Origin: Cyanophora paradoxa CCMP329
Taxonomy: Eukaryota > Plantae > Glaucophyta
DNA: 64,000 nucleotides
Assembly: GCA_004431415.1 (NCBI GenBank)
Contig: QPMI01000005.1
Coordinates: forward strand, 372,001 to 436,000
Direction of reading: 5' to 3'
In this document: positions 12,307 to 22,422 of the stretch, one piece after another
How the letters are laid out: every line of letters begins with the position of its first letter
Numbering within the stretch: the stretch's first letter is position 1
Notes under the pieces: model-generated
Database searches by the model: none
Told to the model about the DNA's origin: nothing
Seen by the model: only the letters and a program-made list of their open reading frames with translations
Program-made: the position numbers and the translations under genes

Positions 12307-12402
12307 GCTTCTCAAGATCTAGAGCCTCTGAGCTAGATCTTGTCCTCCCCCACTTCTGAAACAAGCAACGAATTCGAACTGCTATCAGAGTCGACGTCCA
12401 CA

Positions 12403-15400
12403 CTATCTCGGCTCAAAGCTAATTATAACATGACCACTGGGCCATGGCCAGGGGTGACCTTTAAATTTCCTGCTCAACCTTAAGAGGTCCTTCCCCTCCA
12501 ACAGGGGCATTGCAACTGCAGTGTCCCTGTTCCGTTCATAATTAACACATTCTGCAAGCTCGAGTGCTAGTGGGCAAGTGGAAATTCTCAACTACCGTTA
12601 ATTCAACACTGCGCGCATTTGCATGCAGCGATTTCCAGGGAAAAGAGGGGGGAGCGGGGGAGGGGAGGGGGAGGGGAAGGAAGGGAAAAGGGGGGAAAGG
12701 GAGGAAGGGGAAGGGGAAGGGGGAGTGGGGGGGGGGGGGGGGGGGGGGCGGTCCGGCTGCCACGGCTCCCCCGGCGGTGCGGGGGGGAGTGGGGGTGGAA
12801 CGCACCTCCAGTAGGTGGGCAGTGCTTTAATCTCGTCCAGGCCGGACACGGACTCCACCTCGCCACCCCTGCCGTTGTTCAAGCGACGAACAGTGAAATA
12901 CCGAGGCTAGCGCCGGCGCCGGCACCTCTCGAGGCTGAAGAAGAGGTGCTTCGCGCCGCCGCGGGGGCGCAGCGCCCCGTCCTTCGGCCACGCAAAGTTC
13001 GAGGCCCCAGGGCGCGAGCCCTGCAGATGCCCCCGCATGACGCTAAGCAAGTTTGCGAGGCCTTGAGGCGCCAACGCCTCGCGATCGTTTGGCCCGCCGA
13101 GCCCGATCGCGAGCTGTCGTTCCGTCAACATTCTGGTGCCCGTGGCCGGCGCCGCTAGCCATATGCATAGCCGCCGGGCACCTGTTTGAAAGCGCGTGTT
13201 GAGTTCGAATTCCGCAGCATACGCAGCGTCTTCGCGAGAACGCCAATGCCTGAGAGGTTTGCGCCGGCGTGCTTCAGCAGCTCGGCGCCCTCCGGCGTCA
13301 TCCTGGTCTCGAGCAGGGCCCGCGAAGGATCCCATCTGCACAAGTACATGCGTGAGGAGCTGCGCTCGTAGAGTGGTCGTTCGTAGGCACCCTGGCACGA
13401 GAAGGGCGGTCATGTCTGGCTTGAGACCCCCTGAGAAGCGAGGGGCGATCTCCATCATCACCGGCGTGCCGTCCTTCCGAACCCGCAGCTGCCAAAATCA
13501 AAGTGCCGGGTTAAATTAAATTTGCGAAATTTGCGTCTAGGCGGCTCTCGCTTGGAAGGTATTGAAATTTAAATTCGGAATTCGAAGGCCTGCCTCGAGG
13601 TGCGCGGGCCCGCGCTCGATGCCGACGGCGCGGGCGACGGAGCTGCCGTAGGCGGAGAGGCGGCGCCAGAGGGGGCTGTCCACATCAGTTTCGAGCGTCG
13701 CTTCTTCGTACTGCCCGAAACGCCGTCATCACTCAGTTAATTGTAAATATAATTACAATGCGCGGCTCACTTAAGGATCGAATATTAATTCAGTGCAAAA
13801 ACTGAAAGCGAAGCACACCAGAACAGTCCCAACTGTTGAATCGAGGCGCTTTTTGTAACGCCACACATCCGTCGTCAACACGCGTTCCTGCAAATGCAAG
13901 CTTAAGCTTAATATATGAGCCGCCTCAAGTTCAAATGTTAACGTTAGTTCTAAATTCATTCGGCGAGGCCGGAACACGCAGGCGCGCATGCAGCGCACAG
14001 GGGTTGTCATCATGTTCACGGAAAATTCCTCTCCCTCGATGTACTCCTGCAGGCCCTCAATATTAATTGCAATTATAAGAATCTAGAGATTGGCACTGCA
14101 AATTAAATTCGAACCTCTACGAGCGCGAAAGTGGGCCGCTGGAAGAAACTGTCCGTCGTAGACAGAACGCGCTCTGGTGTGCATTTATTAATATTGGTCT
14201 TGCGCGTAGGAATTCGAAGGCGGGATAATAGTTTTAGTCCTAGTCATATTCATAATTGTATTATAATTAATGTGATATCGATATAAGCGCCGTGGCCGCG
14301 GCCTATAGAGCGTGGACGCACTGGCGGCCTCCTCAGCTTCTTCCTCCGTTTGAACGACGAAGACCTGCGCGTGTGCGCGCGAGGGCCATATGCATGGCCA
14401 ACGTTAAGAATACCGCGGCACGTGTTTGTGCACGTGCACCGAGCTCGATAACGAGCGGCCGAGGGATGGTAAGGAACACGTCGACTAACCAGATTCGTAC
14501 CCGAACTCGCTGATGTACGTATACGGTTAATATTCAATGATTGCGAATGAAAAGCTATTTATTGTATCAAGCTTAAGCAGCAGATCTAGGAAATACACAA
14601 AAATCAATTCGCAATAAAGCTACTCACAGGGGGTCTTGACGACTGCGGGAAGGCCAGTTTTTCGCAGAGCATCTCTCTGCCGCAGTGCACGCGAAGTCGA
14701 ATACATATATGCATAAAAACATTGGAATGGCCGGCCATAATTATCAGATGCTGGAGATTGGGGGTGCAGACCACATGCTCGCGATCAGCCTTGAGACAGC
14801 GTGAGTAGCCCGCGTGCACAATGCCCGCCCGCTCCAGTGCAGCTTTCATTTCCGCCTGATGTCGATGAGTTTCAGAGGCGAAAGCACGAAACCCAAGGCG
14901 CCGGCGGCGTGCAGGTCCTAGATTTTACAAAAATGAATGACCTTGTCTCGCCGTGCGGGAGCACTCTTGATTGGGTTACATGGGAGCCCGAGAGAGGTCG
15001 CAAGCCTGTGACGTCGGGTCTTACAACTTGGCAATGACGTCGCATGCACAGGGACAGATATCGAAATATTCTGAAGATACCACTCGGCATACTCGGCGCT
15101 TTGCTCCGTCATACAAGCCGCGCCGACGAACTGCAGGTTGTAGCCCTCCTCCGCAAAGGCGTGCTGCGAGTTGCGGAGCACGGAGAGCGCCGACTGGGCG
15201 CTGCGCCGCGGGACGAGTACGATTGCGGAGGGGTCCTCTTCGAGCTCGTCGTCGTCGGACCCGGAGCCGGCAACGAACGGGAGTTTCAGGTTGTCGAGTA
15301 AGGAGTTTAAGGCCCGGAAGTACATGGGGATTATTGTTGGCATTAGTGCTCGCGGAATCCATGGCCACTGCGTGTATATACTCTCGTTCGACGGCAATGA

Positions 15401-15854
15401 TGGCACATCGACTGATGTGGTGAACATAGTGACTGGGCCGGCAGGTACAGGAGGCGAAACATGCACACGATTAGCGTCGAGGCCCTGATCATGAGGCTAG
15501 ATAAAACCCGGAGGAGCGCAAACGCACTCGGAAGAATGCCTGCTTGCTGTAGGATGCGATCAGCCTCTGTCGGTCCCCCCATGCCTGCGCATCCGACCGT
15601 GATAAATAAGCCGAGGCGGCCGCAGCGGGAATGAACCACATGCATAGATCTAGAACCGGTAACGTGAATTATAACTGACCGATAAACAGAAAGGCAGGAA
15701 TGAGTTCTGCCGGATGCGACTCCGAGATCATGATTTGAGGTCGGTCGCTGTGCAGGCCGATGTCCTCTGGAGCCAGATGCAGGAAGGGCTCCGCAAATCT
15801 AGCGTGATTAAGGAAAGCCGACAGCGATGTGCCCAAGGACGCTCCGGCATCCAT
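12403..15854 (-). CDS. Multi-exon hypothetical protein (possibly degraded)
   Basis: Protein-like ORF blocks (15669-15854, 14918-15466, 14604-14849, 13155-13349, 12907-13461, 12403-12591); GT..CAG introns can be traced between the first blocks. No recognisable domain. Confidence 0.4.
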
Positions 15855-16296
15855 CGTGACAGCTGCAGGCGTCCACCCTAGCTATACGTCTGCGCGACTA
15901 CTTCTAGATCTGCGCGTGGGAGATCGAGATCTAATGATCAGCTGCAGATTTAGAGCCAGCCCGCGGACGTTGACCGCGGCCGGTACCGCGGACGTTGACA
16001 GGAAGCTTAAGCTTGAGTATATATATATACATATATATACGTAAACGCTTTAAAGCGCCGCGGTCTACCGTAGTACGTCTGCACTAGTACTGCGGGCAGT
16101 CTGCGGCATATGCATGCGCATGCGCACCAGCACTATAGCTAGCTATAGTACTGGGGCCACAGCGCCGGCACGCGTACGGCCGCGGGTATACGTACCGGTG
16201 CCGGGGAGCTGCACTGCGGCGGACTGGACTGTCTGGACACCGTCGGCGGCGAAACTCGACTAGTACGTATACTCCGCGAGAACTTGAGAACTTGCC

Positions 16297-16386
16297 GAGA
16301 AGCTGCTAACCGGCACGTGCACGCGAGAAGCTGCTAACCGGCACGGCGCGCGGCAAGAAGCGGCTAACCGGCACGCGGTGAACCGG
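16297..16386. repeat. Short tandem repeat, core gaagctgctaaccggcacg x3 plus partial
   Basis: Copies at ~16298, ~16326 and ~16356 with short variable linkers. Confidence 0.75.
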
Positions 16387-16432
16387 CGCGCGCGCGCGGA
16401 GCGCGCGCTGGCGCCGCTGGCCCGCTGGACCA

Positions 16433-16924
16433 GGGCCCTCCTCAAATAATAGTCGCGCCTAGGGCAACGTACCGAGGACCCCTGAGCCGCCACCGGACGC
16501 ACGGGCTTGCGGATCTTCTCCGTCATCGGAGCGACCTGCGGACGCATGTCATTTAGCAGCCGGGCGGGTACAGCACCCCCGCCGGCCGGCCATAAGAAAA
16601 ATTAATTGAAAAATTCGAGATTTTTGCTTTGGAAAATGCACTCCAAAACATGATGGCTGAGAGGAGGGTACAGCAACAGTGGCGAACCTTGGGCGTCTGC
16701 AGGCTCTACCTCGGAAGCCGGCCTCGTCTGGGGCCTGCACGTGCGTGCCTCCTAGTATGAGCCACGCGTACGCTTGCGCTAGACGCTGTAGCTAGCTATA
16801 GCGATAGCGCTGGCATGGAGCAGGGTAATGGCTTGCAAATTGCTGCCGCACCTAGAGCTCGAGCTCGATACCGCGGCCGGTGCTCCTGCGCTGGCCGCCG
16901 GGCCCGGGGCGCCAGGCCGCCGCA
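16433..16924. repeat. Repeat module A, copy 1
   Basis: By eye matches 18717-19200 except one substitution (ctctacc/ctccacc), one homopolymer difference and a 7-bp insertion. Confidence 0.95.
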
Positions 16925-17481
16925 TGCGCAGTGTCTCAGGGTCTGTCGCCGGCGAGCGAGCAGCTCCAGCGCTAGCTATATATAGCTAGCTAGCCTAGCT
17001 ATAGTAGCCTATAGCTAGTAGTGCCGGCAGCTGCGCATGCAGCGCTAGCTATAGCCTAGTAGCGCTCGCTCTCTAGCTATAGCGCTAGCTAGATCTAGCG
17101 TGCGCTAGCGTTAGCTAGCTGTCTGATCATGAAAGCTTGATGCAGCGCTATATATATACATAGCTAGCTAGCACCGTGGCACTATATATATATTGAAGGA
17201 TCGGAGTAGTGCGCAAGCACCGCTTTATATTCTTTCAATTAAAAACGCAGCAAAAATGTTTATGCATCCGTTCCCGGTTTTTTGTATGGGCCAGTTCGCA
17301 ACATTATTGGGCAGCCGCCATAGTAAAAACCGGAAAATTCCCGGTTTTTTTGGTAACAGGTTCGATTCCGAGTAAGCCAGTTTGACTTAGCGAATTCGAG
17401 CCGTTCTTGAGCTCGATACAGTCATCCTATCCATGGAGTCTACCTCCCACACCACACATCGATCTAGTCGACGTCTCTACG

Positions 17482-18288
17482 TCACCTTCGCACTAACCTG
17501 CGTACCTCTATCGAACTAGCCTGCCAGCTGAGAGTGCCGCGGAGCCTGCGCGCGGGGTGATCCTCAGAAAGGGCTGCTGCTGGGCGCAAGGAATTCGAAA
17601 GAGAGGGAGGCAGAGGCATCCGAGGGCGCAGCAGGGCGCAGGGCGATGAGCTTCGGCTGGCGGCGGTCAGCACGACAAAGAGAAGCGAGGCAGGGGCGTG
17701 GTGCCCCAGCAGCCTCTGCCCCAGGAGGCCCCTGCACGGCCTGAGACGCCGGCGTGCCCTGCCAGGAGGAGGTGGGGGTCCGGGGGGGGGGGGTCCGGGG
17801 GGGAGGGAGAGGGCGGGGGAAGGGGGAGGGGGGGGCGCACGGCGGATCCGAGCACGGCGTAGGGACCAGGGCTGCGGGGGCCAGGGCCTGGACCGGAGAA
17901 GGGGCGGGCGTTGGGAGGCGGAGAGGGAGGCGGGGCGTGGGGGGCCCGTGGGGCGCCCGCGGTGGCGTGGCGTGCGGGCGTGGGATAGTGAGCGCGCGTC
18001 GCGGGGCGGGGGCGTGAGCGTGCCGGCTGCCGTGCCCGGCCGCACCCCGGCGGAGAAGGCGAGCGGCGCCGGCGCCGGGATCGCGATCGGAACGCCGGGT
18101 GGAGGGGTAGGGACGGCGGCGGCGCCCAGGCCGCTGCAGCGGCAGGGGCGGGGTTCGGGGCCGCCGGTGAGGAGGTAGGCGGGGTCGGGGCGGGGCCCGA
18201 GAGAAGCGCAAGGGGTGCACCCGCCGGGGCAAGCGGGGGCGGGGCGCAGGGCGTACCCCTCGTAGCAGGCACATAGGGGTACCTGCAC
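17482..18288 (-). CDS. Cargo Y: Cys- and Pro-rich hypothetical protein fragment
   Basis: VPLCACYEGYALRPAPACPGGCTPC...PCRCSG after a tgcag acceptor-like site; the rest is low complexity. Confidence 0.3.
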   Translation of the reverse strand: MQVPLCACYEGYALRPAPACPGGCTPCASLGPRPDPAYLLTGGPEPRPCRCSGLGAAAVPTPPPGVPIAIPAPAPLAFSAGVRPGTAAGTLTPPPRDARSLSHARTPRHRGRPTGPPRPASLSASQRPPLLRSRPWPPQPWSLRRARIRRAPPPPPSPALSLPPGPPPPGPPPPPGRARRRLRPCRGLLGQRLLGHHAPASLLFVVLTAASRSSSPCALLRPRMPLPPSLSNSLRPAAALSEDHPARRLRGTLSWQASSIEVRRLVRR

Positions 18289-18314
18289 AACGAGGTTTGA
18301 CGGGGTACGTGTTC

Positions 18315-18717
18315 ACGATGAGGACCAACGGCGTGACGGGTGACGTGCTATGCCCAGCCGCGCCTTGGCTTGAGGACAGCCGATTCGGGCGTTATGCGAG
18401 GCTCCTCGCAACCGGGGCCCTTAATTTCCAATAAAAGACTTGATAAAAGAATTTGATCGCCGAATTCTTTAAGGGTTTTTTGTAAGAGCCTTTCTCATGC
18501 TATGCAAGGACCTTAATTCCGCCAGTTAAGCGGTATTGCTAATATCATAAGCGTTCCGAAATGCAAGTAAAAATTAAGCAAGTCGCAGGGCGCGACTACG
18601 TTTTGAGGAGGGCCCAGACGCACTGATTCATAGCAAGCAGGCAGAGATAGCGAACCGTTATCTGCGGCTTTCAGTCAGCGTGTTCTACCTCGAGCGTGCA
18701 GCCGGCCGGCCAGCCTG
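18315..18717. repeat. Repeat module B, copy 1 (403 bp)
   Basis: acgatgaggaccaacgg...ggccagcctg; appears identical to 20778-21180. Confidence 0.95.
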
Positions 18718-19200
18718 GGCCCTCCTCAAATAATAGTCGCGCCTAGGGCAACGTACCGAGGACCCTGAGCCGCCACCGGACGCACGGGCTTGCGGATCTT
18801 CTCCGTCATCGGAGCGACCTGCGGACGCATGTCATTTAGCAGCCGGGCGGGTACAGCACCCCCGCCGGCCGGCCATAAGAAAAATTAATTGAAAAATTCG
18901 AGATTTTTGCTTTGGAAAATGCACTCCAAAACATGATGGCTGAGAGGAGGGTACAGCAACAGTGGCGAACCTTGGGCGTCTGCAGGCTCCACCTCGGAAG
19001 CCGGCCTCGTCTGGGGCCTGCACGTGCGTGCCTCCTAGTATGAGCCACGCGTACGCTTGCGCTAGACGCTGTAGCTAGCTATAGCGATAGCGCTGGCATG
19101 GAGCAGGGTAATGGCTTGCAAATTGCTGCCGCACCTAGAGCTCGAGCTCGATACCGCGGCCGGTGCTCCTGCGCTGGCCGCCGGGCGCCAGGCCGCCGCA
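18717..19200. repeat. Repeat module A, copy 2
   Basis: gggccctcctcaaataatag...ggccgccgca, directly fused to the end of B1. Confidence 0.95.
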
Positions 19201-19219
19201 GGTTTAGTTTCTGCCGTCG

Positions 19220-20691
19220 CCATGAGGGGCGAGGCGGGCGCCTCGGGCGTACGGGGACGTGGCGGGGGGGGGGGGGGGGGGGACGGGGGGGGCGGGGGGG
19301 CGGGGGGGGCGGGGGGGGGGGCGGGGGGCGGCGGCGGGGTACGGGGACGTACCGTCGTCGGAGTTGGCGGGGGTCCACTCGTACCCCCGCTAGAAGCGAG
19401 AAATAGGATCGCGGGGCCCGTCACCCCCACCACCTCAATCCGGCCTGCGAGGCGCGCCCCCCCCCCCCCGCCGTGAGGGGGCGAGGCGGGCGCCTCGGTT
19501 GGGGCGGTGGGGGGGTACGGGGACGTACCATCGCGTCGGAGTCGGCGGGTGCTGCCCCCCGCTAAGAGGCCGCCGGTCCGGGAGGGGGCGGGGGCGGGGG
19601 CGGGGGCGGGGGCGGACGGCGAGGTCGCGCTCGAGGGCGGTGTGGTCGCGGGTGAGGCCGTCGTGCGACCGCGCCGCCTCCCCCAGGGCCCCCTTGGCCG
19701 CCCGCGCCTCCTTCTCGGCCGCCCGCAGCCGCCCCTCCAGCTCCTCCTTCTCCCGCCGAGCCCCATCCAGCTTCGTGATCAGCCCGGCCGCCTGCAGCTC
19801 CACGTCCCGCACCCGCCCCTCCGCCTCCCGCAGCTGCCCCTCCAGGCCCCGGTTGCGCGCCTCAACTTGGCAACGCCCTCCAGCGCTCGAGCGCGGGGCG
19901 CCGCGGGGGCGGGGCTAGCCGGGGATCCAGAGCTGGTGGCTGGCAAAGTAGGCCCGCTCCTCCTCCACTGACGGCACGCACACGCACCCGTCCACGTCCA
20001 CCTGCCCCGCGCTCGCCGCCCGTGCCCGGGGCGGGTGGGGTGGGCAGGGCGGGGACGTACCGTCGTTGGGGTCGGCGGGGGCCCACTCGTACCGTCGTCA
20101 GGGTCGGCGGGGGGCGCCGCGGCTCCCGGCCCCCCAGCCGCTCCCGCACCGCCGCCACCGCCCGCCCCTGCTTCACCACCACCCCGCTCACCCGTGCCTG
20201 GCCAGCGGCGTGCCCGGCTCAGTTCAGAAAGCGTGCGGCGGGCGGCAGGCGGCGGGCAGGCGGGTGGGCGGGCGGACCGGCTCGGCCTCGAGGCGGGCGA
20301 TGGCGGCCTCGGAGACGCGGGCGGCGGCGTCCACGCCCTCCACGCGCCCCGCGAGCGCCTCGAGCCGCGTCCGGTACGCCCCGCAAGATCTGTGGCCGCG
20401 GATCAGCGAGGATCGCGCGGCGGCCGGGCAAGCAGGCCTCGGCGAGGATCGCGCGGCGGCAAGCAGCCGTCCGGGAGGAGCTCGTACCTAGACCTCCGGA
20501 ATCCATCGAGGATCGCGACGCCTGGCGCACTGCGGCACTCGGCTGCAGCTGCAGGCCTGCAGTTGCGCATGCTCGTCGCTCGGCGAATCGCTCGGTGGTT
20601 GCAGTCGCCGAGGCAAGTCGCTCGGCCTGCAGTTGCACTCGCAGAGGAAGTCGCGGAGGCGAATATACTGATACCCCCCGGAGCCCAGCAT
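19220..20691 (-). CDS. Cargo X: probable spliced gene with CxC motifs and coiled coil
   Basis: LCECNC / ACSC, RTRLEALAGRVEGVDAAARVSEAAIARLE, VDVDGCVCVPSVEEERAYF, RDVELQAAGLITKLDGARREKEELEGRLRAAEKE, separated by intron-like GT..CAG segments. Confidence 0.4.
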
Positions 20692-20777
20692 AGTTAGGAA
20701 ATCAACTTTTTAAGCGCCGATAGTGGTGCCGAGATCGGCGCCTAATTCCCGCAAGAAAAAAAGATCTGGCGCGCCTA

Positions 20778-21180
20778 ACGATGAGGACCAACGGCGTGAC
20801 GGGTGACGTGCTATGCCCAGCCGCGCCTTGGCTTGAGGACAGCCGATTCGGGCGTTATGCGAGGCTCCTCGCAACCGGGGCCCTTAATTTCCAATAAAAG
20901 ACTTGATAAAAGAATTTGATCGCCGAATTCTTTAAGGGTTTTTTGTAAGAGCCTTTCTCATGCTATGCAAGGACCTTAATTCCGCCAGTTAAGCGGTATT
21001 GCTAATATCATAAGCGTTCCGAAATGCAAGTAAAAATTAAGCAAGTCGCAGGGCGCGACTACGTTTTGAGGAGGGCCCAGACGCACTGATTCATAGCAAG
21101 CAGGCAGAGATAGCGAACCGTTATCTGCGGCTTTCAGTCAGCGTGTTCTACCTCGAGCGTGCAGCCGGCCGGCCAGCCTG
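20778..21180. repeat. Repeat module B, copy 2 (403 bp)
   Basis: Same sequence and length as B1. Confidence 0.95.
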
Positions 21181-22422
21181 TTGCAAGCTGAGAGCTCGAG
21201 CCTCGACTCCCTCGGAGAGTCCGAGTCCCTCGAGGTTGCTGATCATGAGCCTATTGGTGAGCAGAGAGAGCGCTCCATGCCGAGTCCATGGCCATGGCCA
21301 GCCTAGGCCTCCGGCCCGGCTCCGGGATCCATGGCCAGCGTTAACATGTACACTGTACAGTGCCGGAATTCGAACCGCTGCAACTTTCTGGAGTAGACTA
21401 GAGGCTGTGGCCGGTAATTCACCAAAAAAAAAAGTTTCGAAAAAAAAGAAATTAAACTTGAAGTAAGTTCAGAAACTGAAGCGGCGAATTCGAAACGTTA
21501 ACCGAATTCGAAGCGGCGGTTGAGCACTTGGTGTACCCGTCGATCCACACACATTCATGTGCATGCATGCATATGCTCAAATATTTTAATTATCATAAGA
21601 GTCGCAGTATGAATTGCAATTAAGGTCGGCTGGATGCGCAGCCTGGCAGAGCCTGCAGGCTGCAGCCTGCTCAGCGGTTGGCTGCAGGTGCGCAGCAGAT
21701 CTAGACTGGTACTGCCAGCCTGTGCCAGGAGTCCAGGACTCCGCGGGAGTTCGCCGTTCGCCGTCGACGTCGCCCCGCGGGCCCGCGCGCGGGCCGCCGC
21801 GGCGCGACCGCGCGCGCCAGCCCTAGCCTAGTAGTAGGCCTGGCGCCGGCGGCCAAGCTTTTAAGCCCGAGCTCGCGATCGAGCGGCAGCTCATGATCAT
21901 GATCATGATCACTGAGTCAGCGGCTCGAACTTCGGAATTCGAACACGCGGATTCCCGGATCATCGGCGGCAATATTAATGCGACGATGCGCGCGGCCATG
22001 CACACCCCCGCATGCGCCGCGGTCAGGAACAACTGCAGCGCTAGCTGCAGGCCTCCCTGCCTTCTAGATCTCCGTTCCGACGCCCCTCGCGATCGGGGCA
22101 GCGCAGGCATAACGCCCCTCGCGAGCTTTAAAATTTGAGCTAGGGCTGCATAACGAGCTCGAGGGCGAGTTCGTCCCGGCGCCGGCGGCCTCATGATCAG
22201 GGCCTTCGCCACCGGCGCGAAGCTCTGACCTGCGCATGCGCATGAGCATGCGCCCGGCCCCGCCGACTTGGACGCCTCGCATGTTGGCCGACGCGTAGGC
22301 TGTAGGCCGTGTAAATGTGTTGCTTTAATTTCGCGTTGATCACGAGCCGATTAGCATGTGCATGTACATGTGTGCAAGCTTCCGAAAGTTCGACGCACTG
22401 GTGGGAATTTGGAGCCTTATAA

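Larger units (their letters stand above)
16433..21180. mobile_element. Composite non-autonomous element(s): A1-Y-B1|A2-X-B2
   Basis: A1 16433-16924 ~ A2 18717-19200; B1 18315-18717 = B2 20778-21180; B1 abuts A2 exactly; internal segments appear unrelated; inverted repeat GGCCCTCCTCAAA / TTTGAGGAGGGCC. Confidence 0.7.

Noticed and set aside
11488-12401. 12-bp inverted pair gtggacgtcgac / gtcgacgtccac as MITE TIRs
   Set aside because: No TSD, and gtcgac-type palindromes are ubiquitous here.
16297-16386. CRISPR-like repeat-spacer pattern
   Set aside because: Only three repeats, linkers ~10 bp or less, eukaryotic context, no cas genes.
17325-17351. Hairpin aaaaaccgg-aaaattc-ccggttttt plus T run as a rho-independent terminator
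   Set aside because: Eukaryotic locus with no upstream plus-strand gene; one of many palindromes.
16433-21180. Ordinary LTR retrotransposon or simple tandem duplication
   Set aside because: Repeat order is A..BA..B with unrelated middles; no TG..CA ends, PBS or PPT.
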